Shown: piece by piece, positions 50,938 to 59,546 of the stretch | Numbering within the stretch: position 1 is the first letter of the stretch | Layout of the letters: each line of letters opens with the position of its first letter | Notes under the pieces: model-generated | The model's input: only the letters and a program-made list of their open reading frames with translations | The model's database searches: none | What the model was told of the DNA's origin: nothing | Program-made: the position numbers and the translations under genes | DNA from: Tagaea sp. | Lineage (GTDB): Bacteria; Pseudomonadota; Alphaproteobacteria; CACIAM-22H2 | Direction: 5' to 3' | Assembly (NCBI GenBank): GCA_965279525.1 | Contig: CBDIIB010000004.1 | Span: 768,001-832,000 of the forward strand | DNA: 64,000 nucleotides

Positions 50938-52728
50938 CTACGCCGACCGGATCCGCGCGAGGAACTGCTCGACGTCGGTCCTGAGGCTCGTGCCCTGGCT
51001 CGCCACGCCGTCGGCGGCCGACAGCACCTGGCCTGCCGCCGCACCCGCCGCGCGGGCGGCCTGCATGACGCTGGCGATGTTGGCCGAGACTTCGGTGGTG
51101 CCGGCGGCGGCAAGCTGCACGTTGCGGGCGATCTCGTTGGTCGCGGCCCCCTGCTCCTCGACCGCCGAAGCGATCGACGTGGCGATCTCGTTGATCTTGC
51201 CGATGGTGCCGGTGATGCCGCTGATCGCGTCGGCGGAGTCCGACGTCGCACTCTGGATCGCCTTAACCTGCTTGGCGATGTCCTCGGTCGCCTTGGCCGT
51301 CTGGTTGGCAAGGCTCTTCACCTCGGATGCCACCACCGCGAAGCCCTTGCCCGCCTCGCCCGCGCGCGCCGCCTCGATGGTCGCGTTGAGCGCCAGCAGG
51401 TTCGTCTGCCCGGCGATGTCGTTGATGAGCTTGACCACGTCGCCGATCTGCTGGGCGGCGTCGGCCAGCGCCTTGACCTTCTCGTTGGTCTGCGTGGCTT
51501 CCGACACGGCTTCGCCGGCGATGCGCGCGGACTCGATCACGCGCTGGCTGATCTCGGCGATCGAAGCCGAAAGCTCCTCGGCCGCCGAGGCGACCGTCTG
51601 CACGTTGCTCGACGCACTCTGCGAGGCGGTCGACATCGCGTCGGCCTGGCGGTCCGCCTGCTCGGCGGCCGACGACAGCGTGCGCGAGGTGGTCTGCAGG
51701 TCCTTGGCCGCCGTCGACAGGATGCCGAGCGTGCTGCCGACCGAGGCGTCGAACCCCTTGATGTGTTCCTCGACCGCCGCGCGGCGCTTCTCCTTGGCGG
51801 CATTCTCGGCCGCCTGTGCGCTGGCCGCACCGGCCGCGTCGACCGCATGGTCGCGAAGCACCTGGATCGAGCGGGCCATGCCGCCGATCTCGTCGGCGCG
51901 CGCGGATTCCGGAATCTCGACGTCGTTGTGCCCGCCGGCAAGCTTCGTCAACACGCCGGTAAGACCGCCCAGCGGAACGATGCAGCGGCGATAGAGCAGC
52001 ACGGTCGTGGCACCGATGCTGGCGGCCAGCAGCACGAACAGCACGGCGAACACGCCCTGCCAGAGCTTCACGCGGCTGTGCGCGCCGGTGACGGCGGCAG
52101 CCGTGCGCGTGTCGAGCAGGGCGAGGAACTCGTCCACCGGCGCCATGATCTCGGCCTTGAACTGGTGATACTCCTTCGAGTGCATCAGCTTGCGCGCCAG
52201 CTCGAAGTCCGGGTCCTTGCGCACCGTGAACTTGCCGGTCGCGTCCTCGAACAGGCCCTTGACCGCGTTCATCGCGACGACCTCGAGCTTCACGAGACCG
52301 TCGGAATTCGCCTGCGCCTGGCGGAGACGGTCGAACTCCTGGTCGGTGAAGCCGGCCTGCTTCATCAGCGTCTGCAGCGGCACCGTCTCGCCGTCGCCGC
52401 GCGGCTTCTTGCCCACGGCCATGAAGTCCCAATAGATGCGGTTATAGTCGAGCGGGCGCGGCTTCTTGCCGTTGCGGATGTCGAGCACGTCGTTGTACTG
52501 CGTTTCGTAAGCCGCATCGCCCGACACGACATAGGTGCGCGCGAGCCGCGTGAGGTCGTCAGAGCTCTGCCGCAACTCGTCGGCCAGCAGATACGAGCGG
52601 TAGCGCGCTTCGGTCGCCCCCTGCACCGCGTCCTGCGCCAGCGTGACCATGACCCACACGCCGACCAGCAACGCCATCAGGCCCGCCGTGACCGCGTTGG
52701 TGACGACGAAGCTCTTCTTGATCGACAT
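50938..52728 (-). CDS. Methyl-accepting chemotaxis protein
   Basis: Two TMs flanking a periplasmic sensor, HAMP (RADEIG.MA), [34 protein letters not shown]. Confidence 0.95.
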   Translation of the reverse strand: MSIKKSFVVTNAVTAGLMALLVGVWVMVTLAQDAVQGATEARYRSYLLADELRQSSDDLTRLARTYVVSGDAAYETQYNDVLDIRNGKKPRPLDYNRIYWDFMAVGKKPRGDGETVPLQTLMKQAGFTDQEFDRLRQAQANSDGLVKLEVVAMNAVKGLFEDATGKFTVRKDPDFELARKLMHSKEYHQFKAEIMAPVDEFLALLDTRTAAAVTGAHSRVKLWQGVFAVLFVLLAASIGATTVLLYRRCIVPLGGLTGVLTKLAGGHNDVEIPESARADEIGGMARSIQVLRDHAVDAAGAASAQAAENAAKEKRRAAVEEHIKGFDASVGSTLGILSTAAKDLQTTSRTLSSAAEQADRQADAMSTASQSASSNVQTVASAAEELSASIAEISQRVIESARIAGEAVSEATQTNEKVKALADAAQQIGDVVKLINDIAGQTNLLALNATIEAARAGEAGKGFAVVASEVKSLANQTAKATEDIAKQVKAIQSATSDSADAISGITGTIGKINEIATSIASAVEEQGAATNEIARNVQLAAAGTTEVSANIASVMQAARAAGAAAGQVLSAADGVASQGTSLRTDVEQFLARIRSA

Positions 52729-52826
52729 GTCCGCTCTCCTGCCCGCTCGTTCGATTGCGCGATGGAGGCAGGCTAGCGGGAAGGCGTGAAATGTCGGTTA
52801 AATTGCTACTTACGAATGTATGACGT

Positions 52827-52929
52827 CCCTCACCCTAGCCCTCTCCCGTAAACGGGAGAGGGGATGCACCGGTCGAGTTCCCTCTCCCGCGTGCGGGAGA
52901 GGCGCGACGTATACGTCGCGGGGTGAGGG
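52827..52929. repeat. REP/MITE-like palindromic element
   Basis: Terminal CCCTCACCC...GGGTGAGGG enclosing two CCTCTCCCG-N4-CGGGAGAGG hairpins and CGCGACGTATACGTCGCG. Confidence 0.8.
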
Positions 52930-52932
52930 TGT

Positions 52933-53283
52933 CTACCGCTTCAGCAGATCCGCCAGCAGCCGCTGCAACTGCGCGCCGTCCATCGCCGCCTCGCCGGCCG
53001 CACGCTCTTCGAGATAGCGCGCGGCGACGGTGGCGGCGAACAGGGCGGCCTGTTCGGGGTGCAGCGTCGTCCAGTGATAGGCGTCTTCGAGCGACGGGCG
53101 GAACGGGGCGCGCTCGGCGCGGTCGGCGGTGTGGAACACTTCGAGCGAATAGATGCCACGGTCGGTGACCGTCACCTCGATCTCCAGCCGCCCCCACGGC
53201 GTGTCGGCCGCATAGACCATGCAGCCCGCGTCCGGCGGGCGGTAGTCGTAGGCGACTTCGCTGAGCATGGGTACATAAGGCAT
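52933..53283 (-). CDS. Hypothetical protein (116 aa)
   Basis: ORF with host-like codon pattern filling the gap between the tRNA and the repeat; no motif recognised. Confidence 0.6.
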   Translation of the reverse strand: MPYVPMLSEVAYDYRPPDAGCMVYAADTPWGRLEIEVTVTDRGIYSLEVFHTADRAERAPFRPSLEDAYHWTTLHPEQAALFAATVAARYLEERAAGEAAMDGAQLQRLLADLLKR

Positions 53284-53312
53284 GGACCTACACCGTGCCC
53301 GTAAAGGTCATG

Positions 53313-53397
53313 TGGTGCCCGCTGCCGGAATCGAACCGGCACGCCTTGCGGCCCGGGATTTTAAGTCCCGTGCGTCTACCAATTCCGCCAAGCGGGC
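53313..53397 (-). tRNA. tRNA-Leu (anticodon TAA)
   Basis: GCCCGCTTGGCGGAATTGGTAGACGCACGGGACTTAAAATCCCGGGCCGCAAGGCGTGCCGGTTCGATTCCGGCAGCGGGCACCA: long variable arm, TTCGA T-loop, encoded CCA. Confidence 0.96.
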
Positions 53398-53412
53398 ACA
53401 TGACGCGCATGG

Positions 53413-54174
53413 TCACGGCGGCGGTTCGTCGGTCGCTTCCCCGCCCGTCGAGCGGATCAGCGCTGCGACTTCCGCCGCCACGGCAGCTAATCGTTCGCGC
53501 TGCAGGCCGCGAATGACCACCGCGTTGCGGAACGTGCCGTCGGGGCGCTGGCCGGGATAGGAACCGATCTCGACGTCAGGGTTGCGCGCCTGGATGGCCC
53601 CCAGCCCGTCGCCGATGAGCCCCTCGGCCATGTTGCCGGTGATCGTGTGCGCGATCAGCACCGGCCCGCCCTTGAGGTGGCTCGCGATACCCTCGAACAT
53701 CGCCTGCAGGATGCGCGGCACGCCGGCCATCGTGTAAACATTGCCGGTGCGGAAGCCCGGCGCCTTGCTGATCGGGTTGGCGATCATCTCCGCCCCGCGC
53801 GGCAGCGTGGCCATGCGCAGGCGCGCGGGCGTCAGCTCGTCGTCCGACTTGTAGTTCGAGCGCAGGATCGCGCGGGCTTCCGGGTTGACCTCCCACGGCA
53901 CGCCGAAGGCCTTCGAGATGCATTCGGCCGTGATGTCGTCGTGCGTGGGGCCGATGCCGCCGCTGGTGAACACATACGTGTATTTCGCGCGCGTCTCGTT
54001 GACGACGGCGACGATGGTTTCTTCCACGTCGGGGATCACGCGGATCTCGCGCAGGCGGATGCCCATCGCGGTCAGCCGTTCGGCGAGCCAGCCGGAGTTC
54101 GTGTCCTTCGTGCGGCCCGACAGGATCTCGTTGCCGATGACGAGGATGCAGGCGGTGGGGGCGGAATCGGTCAT
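53413..54174 (-). CDS. CinA-like molybdopterin-binding domain protein
   Basis: IGNEILSGRTKDTN, SGGIGPTHDDIT, MAGVP, IGSYP. Confidence 0.88.
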   Translation of the reverse strand: MTDSAPTACILVIGNEILSGRTKDTNSGWLAERLTAMGIRLREIRVIPDVEETIVAVVNETRAKYTYVFTSGGIGPTHDDITAECISKAFGVPWEVNPEARAILRSNYKSDDELTPARLRMATLPRGAEMIANPISKAPGFRTGNVYTMAGVPRILQAMFEGIASHLKGGPVLIAHTITGNMAEGLIGDGLGAIQARNPDVEIGSYPGQRPDGTFRNAVVIRGLQRERLAAVAAEVAALIRSTGGEATDEPPP

Positions 54175-54731
54175 GGCGGCAGGATAGGGGCAGATCCGTC
54201 GCGGCGCACGGCGAAATAGAGGACGCGTTCGTCGCGCTGGCGCGCGGGTGCGAACACCGTGCGCTCGCCCAATGCCACCATGCCCAGCGCTCGAAGCACG
54301 GCCAGCGAGGCGGCGTTGCCCGGCAGGCAGCCGGCCTCGATCGTGTCGACGTCGAAATGCCTGAATCCGGCGTCGCGTGCGGCCGGGGCCGCCTCGCGCA
54401 TGTAGCCTTGTCCGTGGAACCCGGCTCCCAGCCAGTAGCCCATGCCGGCAAGACGCGGGTCCGTGTCGTTGCGCCGGACGCTGACATAGCCGAGGAACGC
54501 CTCGTCCGCCCGACGCACGATGGCGAGCGGCATCACCCGGCCGGCGATCGCCGCGACGACCATTTCCGCGATGCGCCGGATGGCCCGTTCGCGCGTGAAG
54601 GGCAGCGGCCAGTTCGACACGAGCGCGCTGATCTCCGGCGTCATCAGGCGCGACATGTCGGCCGCATCCGCCGGGCAGACCAGCCGCAGGCGCAGGTGCT
54701 CCGTCTCGATCGGTGCGGGCACGCCGTTCAT
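54171..54731 (-). CDS. GNAT N-acetyltransferase (RimJ/RimL-like)
   Basis: IETEHLRLR, MGYWL...FHGQGYMREA, N.ASL.VL..LGM. Confidence 0.87.
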   Translation of the reverse strand: MNGVPAPIETEHLRLRLVCPADAADMSRLMTPEISALVSNWPLPFTRERAIRRIAEMVVAAIAGRVMPLAIVRRADEAFLGYVSVRRNDTDPRLAGMGYWLGAGFHGQGYMREAAPAARDAGFRHFDVDTIEAGCLPGNAASLAVLRALGMVALGERTVFAPARQRDERVLYFAVRRDGSAPILPP

Positions 54732-54748
54732 GCTATCCTCGTCCGCCC

Positions 54749-55441
54749 ATGCATCCCGCCCTTCTCGCCACGCGCTTTCGCGCCGAAGACGCGCTCGCTA
54801 CCGGGACCACGCCCGAAACCGTGGCGGCCGCCGCGCGCGCCTCGCACGAGATCTTCGACCGCGCGATGGCCAACACGCGCGACGACATCGAAGCGCAAGG
54901 CCCCGTCGCCTGCAAGCAGGGATGCAACTGGTGCTGCCACCAGCACGTGACGGTGCTGGCGGCCGAAGCGCTGGCGATCCACGCGCACATCGCGGGCACG
55001 ACGCTGGCCGACCGCCTGCGTGCCTCCATCCCCGCCATCGTCGGCACCGATCCCAAGGCCCGCAAGGCCTCGCGCACGCCCTGCCCGTTCGTCGACGAAG
55101 GCGGGTGCGCGATCTATGCGCTGCGCCCCAACCGCTGCCGCTCGGTCCATTCGCGCGATGCCGATTATTGCCACCGGCGGTACGAAGGCGTGGTCGACGA
55201 GCCCGTCTCCCCCGACCGGCCGATCCCGGTCGAGCCGGTCGCCCTGGCCGACGCAACGCTCGCGGGCCTTGCCCAGGCCTTGCGCGGGCGCGGCCTTGCG
55301 GTCGAAGCGCTGGAACTGGTCCACGCGCTCGCGGTCCTTGCCGGCGATCCGGGGGCCGCCGGCGCCTATATCGCCGGGGCCGACGTCTTTGCCGGCGCCC
55401 GGCTTGCCCCGACACTGGAAGAATTGACCGCGAAAGACTAG
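54749..55441 (+). CDS. YkgJ-family cysteine cluster (CxxCxxCC) protein
   Basis: CKQGCNWCC, CPFV...CAIYALRP..CR. Confidence 0.85.
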   Translation: MHPALLATRFRAEDALATGTTPETVAAAARASHEIFDRAMANTRDDIEAQGPVACKQGCNWCCHQHVTVLAAEALAIHAHIAGTTLADRLRASIPAIVGTDPKARKASRTPCPFVDEGGCAIYALRPNRCRSVHSRDADYCHRRYEGVVDEPVSPDRPIPVEPVALADATLAGLAQALRGRGLAVEALELVHALAVLAGDPGAAGAYIAGADVFAGARLAPTLEELTAKD

Positions 55442-55450
55442 ATTGCCCCC

Positions 55451-56275
55451 ATGAATGACGTGCTTGTCGACGCCCCCCTGATCGATTCCGACGGGCGGGC
55501 TGTCAAATTCCACAGCCCCGCCGATTTCGAGGGCATGCGTCGCGCCGGCCGCCTGGCGGCCGAAACGCTCGACTACATCGTGCCGTTCGTGAAGCCGGGC
55601 GTCACGACCGGCGAGCTCGACCGGCTGTGCCATGAGTTCATCGTGGCGGCCAAGGCCATCCCCGCCCCGCTCGGCTACAAGGGTTTCCCCAAGTCGATCT
55701 GCACGTCGGTCAATCACGTGGTGTGCCACGGCATCCCGGGCGACAAGGTGCTGGAGGATGGCGACATCCTCAATATCGACGTGACGACCATCGTGGACGG
55801 CTGGCACGGCGACACCAGCCGCATGTTCCTGGTCGGCGAGGTGGGCGTGAAGGCGCGCAAGCTCGTCGACACGACGTATGAGGCGATGATGCTGGGCCTC
55901 GCGGCCGTCAAGCCCGGCGCCACGCTGGGCGACATCGGCACGGCGATCCAGAAGCATGCCGAAGCGCAGCGCTTCTCCGTCGTGCGCGATTTCTGCGGCC
56001 ACGGCCTCGGCCGCGTGTTCCACGATTCGCCCTCGATCCTGCATTACGGCAAGGCGGGCGACGGCATGAAACTGCGCGCCGGCATGTTCTTCACGGTCGA
56101 GCCGATGATCAATGCCGGCGACTGGCGCGTGAAGGTGCTGTCCGACGGCTGGACCGCCGTCACCAAGGACCGCTCGCTGTCGGCCCAGTTCGAGCATTCG
56201 GTCGGCGTGACCCAAACGGGCGTCGAGATCTTCACCGCCTCGCCCAAGGGCCTCGACAAGCCGCCTTACGCCTGA
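55451..56275 (+). CDS. map: Methionine aminopeptidase type I
   Basis: SICTSVN.VVCHGIP, DVT, HGDTSRM, GHGLG..FH, EPMIN, SAQFEH. Confidence 0.96.
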   Translation: MNDVLVDAPLIDSDGRAVKFHSPADFEGMRRAGRLAAETLDYIVPFVKPGVTTGELDRLCHEFIVAAKAIPAPLGYKGFPKSICTSVNHVVCHGIPGDKVLEDGDILNIDVTTIVDGWHGDTSRMFLVGEVGVKARKLVDTTYEAMMLGLAAVKPGATLGDIGTAIQKHAEAQRFSVVRDFCGHGLGRVFHDSPSILHYGKAGDGMKLRAGMFFTVEPMINAGDWRVKVLSDGWTAVTKDRSLSAQFEHSVGVTQTGVEIFTASPKGLDKPPYA

Positions 56276-56285
56276 GCTTCGCTCC

Positions 56286-56900
56286 TCAGCGTTCCGCGAC
56301 CGCGAGTTTCGCCCCCAGCGCCACGAACGCGGCGGCGAAGCCGCGCCGCATCCACGCCAGCACGCTTGGCCGCGTCAGCACGTGCCGGCGCATCGATGCC
56401 GCGAAGGCGCCGTAGCCGGCGAACACGACGAACGTCATCGCCATGAAGACGGCGCTCAGCTCCAGCATGTGCGCGACGGGGGCCGTATCGTCGGGGCCGA
56501 CGAACTGCGGCAGGAACGCGAAGAAGAAGATCGACAGCTTCGGGTTCAAAAGGTTGATCAGCACCGCCGAGCGGATGATGCGCAGCGCCGAACGGGGTGC
56601 GGCATCCGACCCGTTGACGTCGAGGGCGCCGCCCTCCTTCAGCGTCATCCACGCCATGTAGAGCAGGTAGGCCACGCCCAGATATTTGAGCACCTCGAAC
56701 GCCAGCGCGCTGGTGTGCAGCAGCGCGGCAAGCCCGGTGATCGCCGCGAACATGTGCGGCAGGATGCCCAGCGTGCAGCCGAACGCGGCGATCGTGCCGG
56801 CGCGTGCGCCGCGCGTGAGGCCGGCTGCGATCGAGAACAGGGCACCAGTCCCTGGCGAGGCGACGACGATCAGCGACGTGATCAGGAATTCAATTGTCAT
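56286..56900 (-). CDS. LysE/RhtB family translocator
   Basis: SPGTG, LKYLGVAYLLY.AW, NLLNPK. Confidence 0.9.
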   Translation of the reverse strand: MTIEFLITSLIVVASPGTGALFSIAAGLTRGARAGTIAAFGCTLGILPHMFAAITGLAALLHTSALAFEVLKYLGVAYLLYMAWMTLKEGGALDVNGSDAAPRSALRIIRSAVLINLLNPKLSIFFFAFLPQFVGPDDTAPVAHMLELSAVFMAMTFVVFAGYGAFAASMRRHVLTRPSVLAWMRRGFAAAFVALGAKLAVAER

Positions 56901-57003
56901 GGCGCCGATCCTATCGGCATCGGCCGGCCCCGGACAAGCGCGCCGTGCTACATTTGATAACCGGAGATTGTCATCGGGCGAAGGGCCGCTACTATCGGCC
57001 CCC

Positions 57004-57690
57004 GTGACCGAGTCCGAAGCGCCCCATTTCCACGGCCATCGCCAGCGCCTGCGCGAGCGCTTCCGGCGTGCGGGATCGGCCGGCCTCGACGACTACGAGC
57101 TTGTCGAACTTCTGCTGTTCGCCGCGATCCCGCGGCGCGACGTGAAACCGCTGGCGAAGTCGCTGGTCGACCGGTTCGCCGGCTATGCCGGCGTGCTGTC
57201 GGCGTCGCGCACCGAGCTTGCCCGCATCGACGGGCTGGGCGACGTCGCGATCGACACGCTGCTGGCCGTGCGCGAGGCCGCGGTGCGTCTTGCCCGCGCC
57301 GAGGCGATGGCGAACCCGGTGCTGTCGGGCTGGCAGAAGCTGATCGACTATTGCCGGGCCGACATGGCGCGCGCCCGCACCGAGCATTTCCGCCTGCTGT
57401 TCCTCGACAAGCGCAACCGGCTGATCCACGACGAGGTCCACCAGGTGGGCACGGTCGACCACGCCCCCGTCTATCCACGCGAAATCGCGAAGCGCTGCCT
57501 CGAGCTTTCGGCCACCGCCGTGATCCTCGTGCACAACCATCCGTCGGGCGACCCCTCGCCCAGCCGGGCCGACATCGACATCACCAAGGACATCGCCAAG
57601 GCACTCGGCGCCATCGGCGTGGTCGTCCACGATCATCTGGTCATCGGCCGGACCGGCCATGCGAGCTTCAAGAGTCTGGGGTTGCTCTGA
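57004..57690 (+). CDS. radC: RadC (JAB domain) protein
   Basis: GHRQRLRERF, DYELVELLL, GTVDHAPVYPRE, HNHPSGD.SPS.AD, HDHLVIG. Confidence 0.92.
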   Translation: MTESEAPHFHGHRQRLRERFRRAGSAGLDDYELVELLLFAAIPRRDVKPLAKSLVDRFAGYAGVLSASRTELARIDGLGDVAIDTLLAVREAAVRLARAEAMANPVLSGWQKLIDYCRADMARARTEHFRLLFLDKRNRLIHDEVHQVGTVDHAPVYPREIAKRCLELSATAVILVHNHPSGDPSPSRADIDITKDIAKALGAIGVVVHDHLVIGRTGHASFKSLGLL

Positions 57691-57702
57691 GGCTCGTATA
57701 GA

Positions 57703-58251
57703 ATGACGGACATGGAATCCGTCCTCATCCTGATCGATCTCCAGCAGGCGATCCGCTTCCCCTATTGGGGCCCGCGCAACAATCCGGGTGCCGAGGCGAA
57801 CATCGCCGCCCTGCTCGCGCACTGGCGGGCGACGAAGCGCCCGGTCGTGCATGTGCGCCACGATTCGACCGAGGCCGCCTCCGGCTACCGGCCCGGCCAG
57901 CCGGGCAACGATTTCCTGCCCGACTTTGTCCCGATACAAGGCGAGCGCGTGGAGGCCAAGCGCACCAACAGTGCCTTCATCGGCACGGGGCTGGAGGCGT
58001 GGCTGCGCGCCGCCGGTTCGCCGCCGCTGGTCTTCGCCGGCGTTTCGACCAGCAATTCGGTCGAGGCCACGGTGCGCATGGCCGGAAATCTTGGCTTTGA
58101 TGCATGTCTTGCCGGCGACGCGTGCTGGACGTTCGACAAGAAACTCGCCGACGGCCGCACGATCCCGGCCGCCGACATGCACGCGATCTCGCTTGCCAAT
58201 ATCGACGGCGAATACGCGCGCGTGGTCGACACGGCCTCCCTCCTCCGCTAG
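57703..58251 (+). CDS. Isochorismatase-family hydrolase
   Basis: ILIDLQ, K..NSAF.GT.LE, GVSTSNSVEAT.R, DAC; Ser at the position of the usual catalytic Cys. Confidence 0.85.
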   Translation: MTDMESVLILIDLQQAIRFPYWGPRNNPGAEANIAALLAHWRATKRPVVHVRHDSTEAASGYRPGQPGNDFLPDFVPIQGERVEAKRTNSAFIGTGLEAWLRAAGSPPLVFAGVSTSNSVEATVRMAGNLGFDACLAGDACWTFDKKLADGRTIPAADMHAISLANIDGEYARVVDTASLLR

Positions 58252-58261
58252 GCTTGGCGCC

Positions 58262-58591
58262 ATGAATTCGCATCCCCGTTCGCACCACGACATGGGCGGC
58301 ATCGCGCCGTTCGTCTCGGAAAAGATCGACCGCACCGAGCCCGAGTTGACGCAGTTCGACAAGCAGGTCGACGCGCTGATGAACCTGCTGTCGCACGCCT
58401 CGCGCCGCATGGTGCGCACCGACGAGCTTCGCAACGCGATCGAATCCCTGCCGCCGGCCGAGTACGACGATCTCGCCTATTACGAGAAATGGATCCACGC
58501 GATTTCCGAGGTGCTCGTCCACAAGGACATCATCGGCGAGGAAGAGCTCGTGCTGAAGCTCGCCGAGATAAAGCAGGAAGAAGAAGGATGA
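58262..58591 (+). CDS. Nitrile hydratase beta N-terminal half / thiocyanate hydrolase ScnB-like subunit
   Basis: HDMGG, DELRNAIESL, YYEKWI, EEEL. Confidence 0.85.
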   Translation: MNSHPRSHHDMGGIAPFVSEKIDRTEPELTQFDKQVDALMNLLSHASRRMVRTDELRNAIESLPPAEYDDLAYYEKWIHAISEVLVHKDIIGEEELVLKLAEIKQEEEG

Positions 58592-58887
58592 GGTTCGGCC
58601 CCGGCGACAAGGTGCGTGTGCGCGACGCCTGGCCCGAATCCTCCGGCAGGAAGGTGCATGTCCGCACGCCGCATTTCGTGCGCGGCCGGTCGGGCATCGT
58701 CGAGCGCGTGATGGGCGAGTTCCACAATCCCGAGGATCTCGCATTCGGCGGCAAGGGCCTGCCCAAGCTGCCGCTCTACATGGTGCGCTTCGAGCGCGAC
58801 GCGCTGTTTCCCGGCACGGTCAAGGGCCGCGAGACGCTGACGGCGGACATCTACGAGACCTGGCTCGAGCCCGAGGAACGCGCATGA
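58588..58887 (+). CDS. Nitrile hydratase beta C-terminal SH3-like half / ScnA-like subunit
   Basis: RFGPGDKVRV, HVRTP.FVRG..G.V, LYMVRF, DIYETWLEP. Confidence 0.85.
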   Translation: MRFGPGDKVRVRDAWPESSGRKVHVRTPHFVRGRSGIVERVMGEFHNPEDLAFGGKGLPKLPLYMVRFERDALFPGTVKGRETLTADIYETWLEPEERA

Positions 58888-59525
58888 GCGGCGACCATCA
58901 CGATCATATCCATGTGGGGCATGATCACGATCACGCCCCGATCACCAGTCACGAGCCGCGGCCCGAATACCGCCGGCTGGAGCGCGCGGTGCGCGAACTG
59001 CTGATCGCCAAGGGCATCATCGCCGCCGACGAGGTGCGCAAGCAGATCGAGCTGATGGACAGCCGCAATCCCGGCATGGGCGCCAAGATCGTCGCGCGCG
59101 CCTGGACCGATCCCGCCTTCAAGGCCCGCCTGCTGGCCGACGCCAAGAAGGCCGCTGACGAGATGGGCATCGACACGTCGAACACTGCTGCCGTGGTGGC
59201 CCTGGAGAATACCGAGAAGCTCCACCACATGGTCGTGTGCACGCTGTGCTCGTGCTACCCCAAGGCGATCCTCGGCATTCCGCCGGCCTGGTACAAGACC
59301 TCGGCCTACCGGGCACGCGCGGTGATCGAACCGCGCGCCGTACTGGCGGAGTTCGGCACGACGCTGCCCGACGACGTCGAAATCCGCGTCGTGGATTCCA
59401 CGGCCGATCTGCGCTATCTCGTCGTGCCGAAGCGTCCGGACGGCACGGAAGGCTGGTCGCAGGACCGGCTCGCATCCATCGTCGGGCGCGACAGCCTGAT
59501 CGGCACGACGGTGCCGGTCGCCTAA
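58884..59525 (+). CDS. Cobalt-type nitrile hydratase alpha / thiocyanate hydrolase gamma (ScnC)-like subunit
   Basis: GAKIVARAWTDP.FK, VVCTLCSCYP (Co-type Thr/Tyr), PPAWYK...YR.R, DSTADLRYLV.P.RP.GT; His-rich N-terminus. Confidence 0.92.
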   Translation: MSGDHHDHIHVGHDHDHAPITSHEPRPEYRRLERAVRELLIAKGIIAADEVRKQIELMDSRNPGMGAKIVARAWTDPAFKARLLADAKKAADEMGIDTSNTAAVVALENTEKLHHMVVCTLCSCYPKAILGIPPAWYKTSAYRARAVIEPRAVLAEFGTTLPDDVEIRVVDSTADLRYLVVPKRPDGTEGWSQDRLASIVGRDSLIGTTVPVA

Positions 59526-59546
59526 CTCTCCTTACAAGGTCGAAGC

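Noticed and set aside
52790-52815. CtrA binding site upstream of the MCP gene (also TTAACC near 40636)
   Set aside because: Only a TTAACC half-site; the TTAA-N7-TTAA spacing is not met.
50668-53397. Intact integrative element at tRNA-Leu
   Set aside because: No integrase, and no direct repeat of the tRNA 3' end found by eye.
57004-57690. RadC/JAB as a marker of a defence system or mobile element
   Set aside because: Full-length chromosomal-type radC in the usual map...purB neighbourhood, with no CBASS or E1/E2 partners.
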